This document shows, one piece after another, positions 46,763-57,991 of a DNA stretch of 61,606 nt. Under the pieces are notes generated by a model that searched no databases, was not told the origin of the DNA, and saw only the letters and a program-made list of their open reading frames with translations. The translations under genes were made by a program, and so were the position numbers. Source of the stretch: Elusimicrobiota bacterium. Lineage in GTDB: Bacteria > Elusimicrobiota > Elusimicrobia > UBA1565 > UBA9628. Position 1 is the first letter of the stretch, and every line of letters starts with the position of its first letter. Location of the stretch: contig DAHVWT010000002.1 of the NCBI GenBank assembly GCA_027327915.1, positions 1 to 61,606 of the forward strand, written 5' to 3'.

Positions 46763-49700
46763 CTATTCCGCCGGCTTGGCCGGTCTGATCCAGCGCGCGC
46801 AAGCGACGGCGGAGGCGGGCAGAACCACCAAGGTCAGCAAGGTCGACAGGAGCATGCCTCCGATGACGGCGATCGCGAGAGGCCGGAGAAGCTCGGAGCC
46901 CGTGCCCCACCCGGTGGCGATCGGCACCAGTCCTAGGATCGTCATGCTGGCGGTCATCAGGATCGGGCGCACGCGCTTAAGCGCCGCCTGGGCCGCCGCC
47001 TCCTTGACGTCCATCCCCGCGGCCAAACCGGCGTTCATGTAATCGAGCATCAGGATGCCGTTGCGCACGACGATGCCGATCAGCATCATCGCGCCGATCA
47101 TCGAGGAGATATTGATCGATTGCCCGCCGATCCAAAGGCTCGCGAAGGCGCCGACCCCGGCCAGAGGCACGGCCGAGAGGATCAAGAGGGTCTGGATGAC
47201 GGAACGGAACTCAAACCACAGGATCACGGCCACGATGATCACGGCCAACAGGAGCACGACGCCCATGTTCCCCAGCATCTCGGTCTCGGACTTGTATTTG
47301 CCGGTAAAAGTCCACGTATAGCCGGTCGGAAGCTTCAGGTCGGCCACCGCCTTCTCAAGGTCCGCGGCGACGTCCCGCACGTTTCGGTTTTCGATGTTGG
47401 CCGAAACCATCACCTCGCGCTGCAGGTGCTCGTGGTAGATCTTGCTGGGGACCTCGCCGTAGCCGATCTCCGCGACCTGCTCGAGAGGGACGGCGTCCCC
47501 GACCACCGAGCGCAAGGGGAGGTCCCCCATGGCGCCGGCGTTGAATTGTCCGTTGGGCGAGACGAGGTGAAGCACGACGCCGACGGACTTGAAAACAAGT
47601 CTCACCGCCGTGGCCGTCAGGCCTTGCGACGAGGCCCTGAGGGCGTCGAAAACGGAACGGACCGGAATCCCCAGCCTTCCCGCGGTCGCCTTGTCGATAT
47701 TCACGGTCACGGCCGGGAGGGGCTTGTCGTCGGGCGGGGTGACATCGATAAGCCCCTTGATATGCTGCATCCGGGCCAGCAGGCCCGCCGAGAAGCGGTG
47801 CAGCTGATCCAGATCGGCGCCGAAAAACGCGACCCCGATGTCGAAGGGGGTGGAGCCCATCGCGTCGTTGATCTTGTCCTCCAAGGGCATCAGATACTCG
47901 ACACGGACATCGGTGAGATCGCGGCTCTTTCGCCGCAAGAGCGAGATGAAGGACTCGATCGGCATGGGTCGCCGGCTCTTGGGCAGGAGCTTGACCGTTA
48001 CGTCGCTGTGATTGACGCCGTCGACATCGAGGGTCCCCGCGGCGTGTCCGGTGTGCCTCGCGACCGTGACGACTCCCGGCATTTGCGCCAGCCACTTCTC
48101 AAAAAGGACGCCCACGCGCTTGGTCTCCGCCAGGGAGGTGCCCGGCGGCATGGCGGTGGCGAGGAGAACCGCGCCTTCGTCGAGCGAAGGAAGGAACTCG
48201 AGATTGAGGTGCTTGAAGGCGAAGGCCGTCAGGACGACGACGGCCATGGCCGCGCCGATGACGGCGTAGGGCCGGCGCAAAGCGAAGCCCAAGGGCCTGC
48301 CGTAGACGCGGTTGACCCATGTCTCTCTTTCCTTTAGTAAGTGGGTTTGCGCGAGCCATTGGTCAACCAGCAAGGGAATAACACTCAGAGCCACCACGAG
48401 CGACGCCAACAGCGCGAATGTGACGGTTAAGCCGATCGGGGCGAAAAGACGCCCCGCGAAGCCGGCGATGAAGACCATGGGAAGAAAGATGCCGATATTG
48501 GTCAACGTCGAAACGACGACGGGCCTGACCACCTCGCCGGCGGCGCCGACGATCGCGTCCCGGGCGGAGAGCCCCGATCCCTCCCGCCGGGCCGAGAGCC
48601 AGCGGAAGATGTTTTCGAGGACGACCACGGCGTCGTCCACGATAATGCCGGTGCCGACGGCGAGCCCCCCCAACGACATGATATTGAGCCCCACCTTGAA
48701 GAGGCGCATGAGCCCCAACGCCGCGACGATCGATATCGGAATGCTCGTGATCGCGGCAAGGGTCGTCTTCCAGTTGCGCAGGAACAGCGCCAGAACGATG
48801 ACCACCAGGATACCGCCCACGTAAACGGCCTCTTTGACGCTCCCGATCGAAGCGCCAACGAGCTGTGCCTGGTCGTAATAGTTATGGATGGTGTAGCCCG
48901 ACGGCAGGCTCTTGACGAAATCACGGATGGTCCTGTCCACGCCCGCGGCGACCGACAGGGTGTCGTAGCGGGGCTGCTTGAAGATGTTGATGAGGACGGC
49001 GGGCTTGCCTTTCTCCGAGGAATCGTCCCTGGGGATTTGGTAGGCGTCGGCGACCTTCCCGATGTCCTTGACGCGGATGGGGTAACCCTGCTTGACCGCG
49101 ACCACGAGATTTTCCAGCTCCGCGACGTCCGCGAACTGCCCATTGGCGGTGATGGTGAACTCCTGGGGGCCGGAGTTGACGATCCCGGGCGAGGCGAGGA
49201 TGTTGTTTTCGGCCAAGGCCGTCTTGATGTCGTCGAGGAATACCCCGTTTTCGATCATGAGCACGGGGTTGGGATAGACCGCGAATTCCCTGACTTGTCC
49301 GCCGGATACGACGACCCGATAAACTCCGAGCACGCCCTGGAGGCGGGGCTTGAGGTCGTACTCGGCCAAATCCCGCAGGGCCACGGGGTCCGTCCCCCCC
49401 TGCAGCGCGTAGCTTTCGATGAGGCCCAAGGTCGCCGAGAGGCTCTCGACGGAAACGTCGACGTCCCCTGGGATCTGACCGGTCGTCCGGTAGAGGGCCT
49501 GCGTGAGGAGCTGCCTCGCCGACAGCATGTCGGTCCCCCATTGGAAGTAGGCCGAGATGTTGGCGATGCCGGTGGCGACGACCGAGCGCACCCGATAAAC
49601 CCCCAGAACGCCGCTGAGGGCGTTTTCAATGGGAAGAGCCACTTGGCGCTCCATCTCCAGGGAGGGAAAGGCGGGCGCCTGGGCGACGACGCTCAAGACC

Positions 49701-49834
49701 GGGAACTCAAGCGTTGGAAACAAGTCAACCCGGAAGGCTTTGGACGCGGCGAGGCAGGCCGCGACAACGCAGGCGAGCGTCACGGCGACGACGACCGGCT
49801 GGCGCAGCAGGGCCCTTAAATACTTCTCGAACAT
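46763..49834 (-). CDS. RND efflux permease (CusA/CzcA-like)
   Basis: About 1020 aa; GIIVDDAVVVLENI, RVRPILMT, PLAIAVIGG. Confidence 0.95.
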   Translation of the reverse strand: MFEKYLRALLRQPVVVAVTLACVVAACLAASKAFRVDLFPTLEFPVLSVVAQAPAFPSLEMERQVALPIENALSGVLGVYRVRSVVATGIANISAYFQWGTDMLSARQLLTQALYRTTGQIPGDVDVSVESLSATLGLIESYALQGGTDPVALRDLAEYDLKPRLQGVLGVYRVVVSGGQVREFAVYPNPVLMIENGVFLDDIKTALAENNILASPGIVNSGPQEFTITANGQFADVAELENLVVAVKQGYPIRVKDIGKVADAYQIPRDDSSEKGKPAVLINIFKQPRYDTLSVAAGVDRTIRDFVKSLPSGYTIHNYYDQAQLVGASIGSVKEAVYVGGILVVIVLALFLRNWKTTLAAITSIPISIVAALGLMRLFKVGLNIMSLGGLAVGTGIIVDDAVVVLENIFRWLSARREGSGLSARDAIVGAAGEVVRPVVVSTLTNIGIFLPMVFIAGFAGRLFAPIGLTVTFALLASLVVALSVIPLLVDQWLAQTHLLKERETWVNRVYGRPLGFALRRPYAVIGAAMAVVVLTAFAFKHLNLEFLPSLDEGAVLLATAMPPGTSLAETKRVGVLFEKWLAQMPGVVTVARHTGHAAGTLDVDGVNHSDVTVKLLPKSRRPMPIESFISLLRRKSRDLTDVRVEYLMPLEDKINDAMGSTPFDIGVAFFGADLDQLHRFSAGLLARMQHIKGLIDVTPPDDKPLPAVTVNIDKATAGRLGIPVRSVFDALRASSQGLTATAVRLVFKSVGVVLHLVSPNGQFNAGAMGDLPLRSVVGDAVPLEQVAEIGYGEVPSKIYHEHLQREVMVSANIENRNVRDVAADLEKAVADLKLPTGYTWTFTGKYKSETEMLGNMGVVLLLAVIIVAVILWFEFRSVIQTLLILSAVPLAGVGAFASLWIGGQSINISSMIGAMMLIGIVVRNGILMLDYMNAGLAAGMDVKEAAAQAALKRVRPILMTASMTILGLVPIATGWGTGSELLRPLAIAVIGGMLLSTLLTLVVLPASAVACARWIRPAKPAE

Positions 49835-50490
49835 CAGTCGCCCCCCGCGTTGGCGAAGCCGGGATAAAGGAAGCCCAAGGCTCCTCGGATGACGACCCGC
49901 TCGCCGGGCTTGATCCCGCTCTTAATCGCGGCCCGATCCCAAGAATACTCGCTGACGACGACCGGCGCCGCCTCATACTGTCGATCGCCGCCCTTGCCGG
50001 TGGCGCGCACCACCACGGAGGAGCCGTTAAGAATAAGCACGGCGGCGCTCGGGACCGACAAAACGCTGCGGGATTTGATCGTAATCTCCGCGTAGATGAA
50101 GCTCCACGCCACGAAGCCGTTGATGGTTTTGGGCTTAAGCCGCACGATCGACTGCCCTGTCGCCTTGTTGACGTCGCGGAGAATCTGGTGAACGACGCAG
50201 ACAACGGGCTGGCCGCCTGGAAGCTGCCACGCCACGGCGCGCTGGCCGATCTTGACGCGAGGGGCGTCCATCTTGCCGACGTTCACCGAGATCTCGAGGT
50301 TCCCCGCCTCATCGATGTCGGCCACGCCGTAGGCGGGAACCGTTTCGTCCATCTTGGCATACTTGGCTTCGGCCAGCACGGGAGGGTCCGAGAGCTCGGG
50401 AGCCTTCCCCGTGTTCCCGCCCGAGCCGGCGCACCCGGCGGTTGCCGCGAGCGCGAGAAGGAGGAGCGACGACCCCATTCTATTCGTCAT
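49834..50490 (-). CDS. Short RND periplasmic adaptor (lipoprotein)
   Basis: Lipobox ATAGC; VPSAAV, GIKPGERVV; located between tolC and the RND permease. Confidence 0.8.
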   Translation of the reverse strand: MTNRMGSSLLLLALAATAGCAGSGGNTGKAPELSDPPVLAEAKYAKMDETVPAYGVADIDEAGNLEISVNVGKMDAPRVKIGQRAVAWQLPGGQPVVCVVHQILRDVNKATGQSIVRLKPKTINGFVAWSFIYAEITIKSRSVLSVPSAAVLILNGSSVVVRATGKGGDRQYEAAPVVVSEYSWDRAAIKSGIKPGERVVIRGALGFLYPGFANAGGD

Positions 50491-51872
50491 CGCGCGGCTC
50501 CGTAATCGACCACATCCTGTCCGATAAGCCTCTCGATCGTGGCCACGTCCGTCAGGTAGGAATAATAATCGGTCCTCTCGGTGATGAGAGTCTGCATCCA
50601 AAACGAGACCGCCCCCGCCGCCTCCAGGATCGTGGTCGCCTCCCTTTGATACCGGTCGATCGAGGTGTCGGCCGCAAGCCTGGCGACCGAAAAGAGATGG
50701 CGCCGCCTCTCGTCATCGCTTCGATGCGCGGCGGCGCGTATTCGGGCGGAGACGTAAGCCTGGCGCAGGGATTGATACTGGGTCTTGTAGTTCATCTGGG
50801 CGATGGCCAGGTCCTTCTGCCTCTGGGCGATCCGCGCGTTGATCTCGCCCCAGTTAAAGAGCTGTTGGGTGATGTTGAGATCCACCTGTCCCCCGCGTCC
50901 CCAGGAGGGAGCGAATGCCTGCATGAAATTCTTATAGCGCCAGGGCTCGATGCCGCCGTAGCCGTAGTCGAGACCGACGCTCATCTGGGGAAGCCACTCC
51001 GCCCGCTGGGCGCGCAGCGCCCATGTCGCGGCCCGCACCTGGGCTCGCAGGGACTCGAGGCTCGGATTCTTGAGAACGTCCTCGTCGGGAGGGACGGCCG
51101 GAAGCGACTTGATGGGCCCGAGCAGGATCTCGTCTCCCCCCGCCTTCCCGACGATCAAGGCCAGAAGCTCCCGGGCGCCGCGCATCCCGGCTCGCGTGAG
51201 GTCGCGATTCAGCTTGAGATCCGAAAGTTGCGTCCTGACGTTGAGAAGGTCGAATGGCGGCGCCCGTCCGACCGTATATCGCGGAAGGACGCTGAGTTGG
51301 AGACGGTAAAGCTGCTTTTCCACGCGGTTCATCATCGCGATCGAGTCCGAACTCTGGAGAATCGAGAAGTAGAGCGTCTTGACCAGGAGCTCCACGTCGA
51401 GCTTGCTGGCGATCCGGCCCGCCACGGCGGCATCGAGCTCCTTGCGGCGCTGGGTCCCGGTTTTCCAGAGCGCGTCGAAGGGGTTGATATCTTGTTGCAA
51501 GTGGATAAAATCGTAGTTGGTCGCCACGTTCTGGATGGAGGCGTCATTGGATTGCTGGTTTGCGGCGTAAGCCCAGAGATGCGGCAGGCGCTTGGCCGTC
51601 CATTCCTTGAGGGCCTTTTGGGCCTTTTCCGCCTGGAGGATGCCGATGATTCTTTGCGGCGAGAACCGCAGCGCGAGACGGAGGCAGTCCGACAGGCTCA
51701 AGGACTGCGCCGGCGAAGGCGGCGGCGCCGGCGCGGTCAGCTCCTGATCCGACGAGGAAGCCGGCGGGGTCTTCGAGGCCGCGGGAAAATGGGAAGGCGA
51801 TGAAGCCGCCGCGAAGGCGAGGCGAGGCATGAGGATCGCGGCGGCGCAGAGCGCGAGGAATCGGTCTCGCAT
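50487..51872 (-). CDS. TolC family outer-membrane channel
   Basis: Signal peptide; LSLSDCLRLALRFSP; duplicated OEP pattern (LPHL/LPQM, LFNWG). Confidence 0.88.
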   Translation of the reverse strand: MRDRFLALCAAAILMPRLAFAAASSPSHFPAASKTPPASSSDQELTAPAPPPSPAQSLSLSDCLRLALRFSPQRIIGILQAEKAQKALKEWTAKRLPHLWAYAANQQSNDASIQNVATNYDFIHLQQDINPFDALWKTGTQRRKELDAAVAGRIASKLDVELLVKTLYFSILQSSDSIAMMNRVEKQLYRLQLSVLPRYTVGRAPPFDLLNVRTQLSDLKLNRDLTRAGMRGARELLALIVGKAGGDEILLGPIKSLPAVPPDEDVLKNPSLESLRAQVRAATWALRAQRAEWLPQMSVGLDYGYGGIEPWRYKNFMQAFAPSWGRGGQVDLNITQQLFNWGEINARIAQRQKDLAIAQMNYKTQYQSLRQAYVSARIRAAAHRSDDERRRHLFSVARLAADTSIDRYQREATTILEAAGAVSFWMQTLITERTDYYSYLTDVATIERLIGQDVVDYGAAR

Positions 51873-51980
51873 CCGATTTATATTACCAATGTTCCGTTTC
51901 AACCGCCAAATTCGCGCGCCTCCTCGGATCCCGGCCTTCGCCGCCTGTCGGCAAGAAGGCCGGGATGACGTATAGAAATG

Positions 51981-52013
51981 AGGGCCCCCGCCCTTCCAGG
52001 CGGGGGCCCTTTT
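51981..52013. terminator. Hairpin terminator downstream of groEL
   Basis: Perfect 12-bp stem AGGGCCCCCGCC/GGCGGGGGCCCT with a 6-nt loop. Confidence 0.8.
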
Positions 52014-52050
52014 CGTCGTCGGCGGCCAAGCCGCCGTTAAGCCTGCGCGA

Positions 52051-54016
<1,966 letters not shown>

Positions 54017-54080
54017 TCTGTTTCCTCCTCCGCTTTCGATTTCCGTCTTTAATTAGAAGGCTGGCTGTTTCCTTTCATTT

Positions 54081-54156
54081 CTGGCACTCCAGCCTTGACA
54101 GCGCTCATTTTATCACAGCCCCCCCAAAACTGTCAACTGGCCAACGCGAGTGCTAA
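54081..54156 (-). promoter_or_regulatory. groES promoter with degenerate CIRCE (HrcA) sites
   Basis: TTGACA-18 nt-TAAAAT (54136-54107). Degenerate CIRCE CTGGCACTC-N9-CAGCGCTCA (54081-54107) and a perfect half-site GAGTGCTAA (54148-54156). Confidence 0.75.
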
Positions 54157-54231
54157 CAAAGAATCATGGTGAATACCGGCGCCTGGCACCATGGCTTGTC
54201 TGACCTCGAACAGTTTAACTACAATCCCAAG

Positions 54232-55122
54232 GTGCCCAAGCCTCAGGCCGCCGCCCAAGCCCTAACCCTCCCTTTCCTTTTAGGCCTCGGCGCCTGCGTG
54301 GGGCTTCCACCCGCGGGCGGCCCGAATCACGGAGCGACATCCACCGCGGACGCCCAAGCTCCCGGCGCGACCGCCCCGACGGCGGCCCACGCCGCCAAGA
54401 CGCCCGTCGACCCCCAGATCCTCCAAACCCTGCTCCAGCTCTTCGACAACCAGGACACGTTTCAGGTCAGTCTGAGCGGCGCCGCCGGCACGCCGGAAGG
54501 AGACCTCGCCACGGTCGGCTCCCCCCAGGGCTTCGCCCTGAGAAACTATTACTTCCACCTGGGCATCCCGTTGGCGAGAGCCTTCTCGTTCGACGACTCC
54601 GATCCGATGATCCAGAAGAAGCTCAAGACCGCGGCCTATTACGACCAGAACTCCCAGACGCGCTCCGCGGCGATGATCCTGCTGGCCCAGCGTCAAGACA
54701 TCAACGACAAACCCGTGTTCGACCAGGCCCTTCAATTCTTCGACCACTCCGTGCGCTTCGGCGCCATGGAGGCCTTGGCCGTGTGGGGGCACCCGTCGAC
54801 GGCGATCCACATGCTCAACTCCTACAGGAAGCAGGAAAATATCCCGATCCTCAAGATTTACGCCGCGACGATGATGGCGAGGCTCGGGAGCGATCGAGGC
54901 CTCGCCGCCCTGCGCGACAGCCTGCAAAACAACGGCAGCTGGGTCGTCCAGGCGATGGCGGCCCGGGCGCTCGGCAATTACGGCTCGGCCCAGGACTACG
55001 ACACCATGATCTCCCTCATCAGCCAGGCGAGCCAGAATGATTTTCTCCTGGCGGAATACTGCGTGGCCGCGCTCAAGCTCTTCCCTAAAAAATCCGCCGC
55101 GACGGCGCAGCAGCCGCTATGA
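54232..55122 (+). CDS. HEAT-repeat putative lipoprotein
   Basis: Lipobox LGAC; repeats VRFGAMEAL, KIYAATMM, WVVQAMAARALG. GTG lies 6 nt after TACAAT (ATG 54166 is an alternative start). Confidence 0.75.
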   Translation: MPKPQAAAQALTLPFLLGLGACVGLPPAGGPNHGATSTADAQAPGATAPTAAHAAKTPVDPQILQTLLQLFDNQDTFQVSLSGAAGTPEGDLATVGSPQGFALRNYYFHLGIPLARAFSFDDSDPMIQKKLKTAAYYDQNSQTRSAAMILLAQRQDINDKPVFDQALQFFDHSVRFGAMEALAVWGHPSTAIHMLNSYRKQENIPILKIYAATMMARLGSDRGLAALRDSLQNNGSWVVQAMAARALGNYGSAQDYDTMISLISQASQNDFLLAEYCVAALKLFPKKSAATAQQPL

Positions 55123-56048
55123 TCGAAAGCTGCGAAAAGCAAAAGAAGGCCACGGAAGGCCACGGAAGGCTACGAACCTCTTTGCCATCTTCTCGCATTT
55201 CGCGGTTTTCCGTTGCCCTCCGTTGCCTTCTTTTGCTTTCCGTTGCCTTCTGCGGCCTTCCGCCGCGCGCGGCGGCACAGGGCGCCGCGCCGCCGCAGCC
55301 CGTCTACGAGCTCGCCCCCCTCGTCATCACCGCTCCCCGTCTCAAGTTGCCGCCCCAGGCCGTCCTCAACCCCAATATCGACGCCGACCTTCTCGAGTTG
55401 CTCCAGAACCACGCCTCCGAGCGTCCGACCGGCGCCAATGCCCTCGATCCATCCCTCCAGGACCTCGCGTCGCTGACGACGATCGACGGGTATAACTTGC
55501 AGACCCGCTACACCCAGTTGGGATTCCTATTGACCGAGGGCCTCGCGGGAGCCAAGCGCCTGGATCTCCAGGCGGCCCTTCAAAACACCGCCCAATCGGC
55601 GACAAACCCGCAGATCCAAGCCTCCGCCATCGTCGCCCTGGCCTATACGAAAGACCCCCAATTCCTCGGTATTTTTCAGCAGGCGCTCAACCCGAACTCG
55701 AATTTGACGGCGCGATTCGCGGCCATCGAGGCCCTCACCCTCCTGGGAGGAGATGTCGCCCACCAAGCCGTATTCAATGCCGCCCAATCGGACCCCGAGC
55801 TCATCCTTCAGATTTACGCGGCGAACGCCCTGGCGAATTTCGGGGATGCCACCACTGGGAAAACCATCCTTTTGAGCCATTATCAGGACCCGGATTGGCT
55901 GGTCCGGGCGATGGCGACCCATTACTTGGGACTCATCGGCGATCAAAACACCTACCAACTCCTTTTCCTCCAGCTTCAGACGGAAACCCAGCCCGTGGTC
56001 CTCGCCGAGCTATGCTCGGCGCTGATACGGTTAAGAAACACCCAATAA
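55119..56048 (+). CDS. HEAT-repeat exported protein, paralog of the upstream gene
   Basis: ARFAAIEAL, QIYAANAL, WLVRAMATHYLG repeats; signal peptide. Confidence 0.78.
   Translation: MIESCEKQKKATEGHGRLRTSLPSSRISRFSVALRCLLLLSVAFCGLPPRAAAQGAAPPQPVYELAPLVITAPRLKLPPQAVLNPNIDADLLELLQNHASERPTGANALDPSLQDLASLTTIDGYNLQTRYTQLGFLLTEGLAGAKRLDLQAALQNTAQSATNPQIQASAIVALAYTKDPQFLGIFQQALNPNSNLTARFAAIEALTLLGGDVAHQAVFNAAQSDPELILQIYAANALANFGDATTGKTILLSHYQDPDWLVRAMATHYLGLIGDQNTYQLLFLQLQTETQPVVLAELCSALIRLRNTQ
55121..55264. repeat. Decamer-built palindromic repeat, copy 2
   Basis: About five units like CACGGAAGGC (55121-55174), a spacer, then about six inverted units like CGTTGCCTTC (55201-55264). Confidence 0.85.
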
Positions 56049-56055
56049 GCCCCTA

Positions 56056-56658
56056 ATGAACGTCCCCTTGGTCTCAGCCATGGCGTATTCCGGCGGCGAT
56101 TGGGTCATCTATCTATTGCTCGCGTGCTCCATTCTCGCCGTCGCGGTTATCGTCGAACGTGGAATCGTCGTTTATCGCGAAAATAAGGCTCTCGGAAGGC
56201 TCGCCGCCGCTTTGGACTCGGGCTCCGCGGACTTGAAAGCGATCGATAAGGCGGCGCAAGTCGGCGACGGAGCGGCCCTGCGCGTCGCCCGGGCGGCGTT
56301 CTCGGCAGGCCGCGCTCGCGGAGAGATCGACGAGGTCCTCAACGAGGCCGCGAATCGCGAGCGGCCGGGCCTTGAAAAGCGTCTGCTGATTCTGGGGACT
56401 CTCGGCAACAACGCCCCCTTCATCGGCCTCCTGGGCACCGTTCTGGGCGTCATCAAGGCCTTCCACGATCTCGCCATCACCTCGGCCGGGCCCGAGGTCG
56501 TCATGTCGGGGCTCTCGCAGGCCCTGGTCGCGACCGCGACGGGGCTCTTCGTCGCCATTCCCTGCGTTATCGCCTTCAACTTCTTCCAGAAAAAGACGCG
56601 GGATCTGCTCTCCGAGACCGACACCCTTTGCCGCTCGGCCCTGCGCCGGCCCGCATAG
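56056..56658 (+). CDS. exbB: MotA/TolQ/ExbB proton channel protein
   Basis: GTLGNNAPFIGLLGTV, ALVATATGLFVAIP. Confidence 0.9.
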   Translation: MNVPLVSAMAYSGGDWVIYLLLACSILAVAVIVERGIVVYRENKALGRLAAALDSGSADLKAIDKAAQVGDGAALRVARAAFSAGRARGEIDEVLNEAANRERPGLEKRLLILGTLGNNAPFIGLLGTVLGVIKAFHDLAITSAGPEVVMSGLSQALVATATGLFVAIPCVIAFNFFQKKTRDLLSETDTLCRSALRRPA

Positions 56659-56664
56659 CCGTCC

Positions 56665-57066
56665 GTGGCCGCCTCCTCCGGCAACGAAGCCTCCATCACG
56701 GGGATCAACGTCACGCCGCTCGTCGACATCCTGCTCGTCGTCCTCATCATCTTCATGACCACGGCCCCCCTCATCCACCGCCGGGCGATCAAGGTGGCTC
56801 TCCCGCAAGCGGCTCACTCGAGCCGCGAGGCGCCCCAGGCGATCAACCTCGTCGTGGACGCCGCGGGCGACGTCCTTTATCATGGCAGAAGAATCGGGCC
56901 GGCGGCGCTCTCAAGCTTTCTCTCGATCCAGGCCAAAAGCGCCCCGGGACAACGCGTATCTCTTTCCGCGGACAAGGGCGCGCACTACGGCGATGTGATC
57001 CGGGCGCTCGACGCGATCCGCGGGGCCGGGCTCAGCCGCGTCGGGCTCGAGGTCTCGCCTCCTTAA
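56665..57066 (+). CDS. exbD: ExbD/TolR family protein
   Basis: INVTPLVDILLVVLIIFM with the conserved Asp; ADKGAHYG. Confidence 0.92.
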   Translation: MAASSGNEASITGINVTPLVDILLVVLIIFMTTAPLIHRRAIKVALPQAAHSSREAPQAINLVVDAAGDVLYHGRRIGPAALSSFLSIQAKSAPGQRVSLSADKGAHYGDVIRALDAIRGAGLSRVGLEVSPP

Positions 57067-57080
57067 AAGAAGACAGGAAG

Positions 57081-57968
57081 GTGACAGCAGCGGGTTGTCT
57101 TGACTGGCGCGGCTTCTCCCGCCGCGAACGGCTTTTTCTTTCCTGTCTGGCAGGCTCCATCGTCTTGCATGCCGCGCTTCTCTTCATGCCGTGGCCCCAG
57201 CGTGCGGCGCCCAAGCCGATGGAGGTCGACCTGACCCTGCCCTCGGTTCCCGGGCCCGGCGTCGGCGGCATGCGCGGTCCCGGCAAAAAACCCAACATCC
57301 CGCTGGGCGTTCCCGAGGCGCCAAAGCCCGCTCCCGCCCCCCCGGCGGCCAAAGCGCCCATCCCCGCGCCTCGGGCGGCCCCGGCGAAAGCGGCGGCGCC
57401 CGTGCCGCCGGCCGTTCCTCACCCGCCGGCGCCGGCTCTCCATACCGCTCCTCCCACTGTCCCGGCGGCCCCGGCCTCCACCCCTCAAAAAGCGCCCCCC
57501 CACGCATTGCCGGCTCCGACCCCGTCGGCGCCCGCCCCGGCGAAAAGCCTCCTGTCCGGCAGCCCCGCCGCGGGCGTCGCGAGCCCCGTCTCGGGATCGG
57601 CGCGGAGCTCCAAGGCCCCGGGACTGGGGATGCCTTTCGGGAAAGGCTCCGGTCTCCCGGGCGGGGGCGGCGGTCCCATCATCATCCCCCCGCGCCTCCT
57701 TAACGCCGACGAGATTCTGGCCGCCCTGCGCCGCTACTACCCGGAAATCGAGCGGCGGCAAGGGAAAGAAGGAACCGTCAATCTCTATCTCCATATCGGC
57801 GCCGACGGGCTCATCCATGACATCGATATCGCGAGGACCGCCGGCCCTTATTTTGACGCCGCGGCCGAGAAAGTGGCGCGGCTCATGCGCTTCGCCCCCG
57901 CCGAAAACGCCGTTGGCCCCGTCCCCGTCAAGATCGCGCAGCCCTTCGTCTTTAAGCTGACGGATTAG
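57081..57968 (+). CDS. tonB: TonB family energy transducer
   Basis: TM SIVLH motif, long Pro/Ala linker, C-terminal YPE...EGTV...G..FD.AA...FAPA. Confidence 0.88.
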   Translation: MTAAGCLDWRGFSRRERLFLSCLAGSIVLHAALLFMPWPQRAAPKPMEVDLTLPSVPGPGVGGMRGPGKKPNIPLGVPEAPKPAPAPPAAKAPIPAPRAAPAKAAAPVPPAVPHPPAPALHTAPPTVPAAPASTPQKAPPHALPAPTPSAPAPAKSLLSGSPAAGVASPVSGSARSSKAPGLGMPFGKGSGLPGGGGGPIIIPPRLLNADEILAALRRYYPEIERRQGKEGTVNLYLHIGADGLIHDIDIARTAGPYFDAAAEKVARLMRFAPAENAVGPVPVKIAQPFVFKLTD

Positions 57969-57991
57969 ACGACGAGGGCCTGCGCGATGCC

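Noticed and set aside
55121-55264. CRISPR array
   Set aside because: Units are 10 bp, abutting and inverted, with no unique spacers and no cas genes.
57300-57680. Low-complexity GC-rich repeats
   Set aside because: They encode the normal Pro/Ala linker of TonB.
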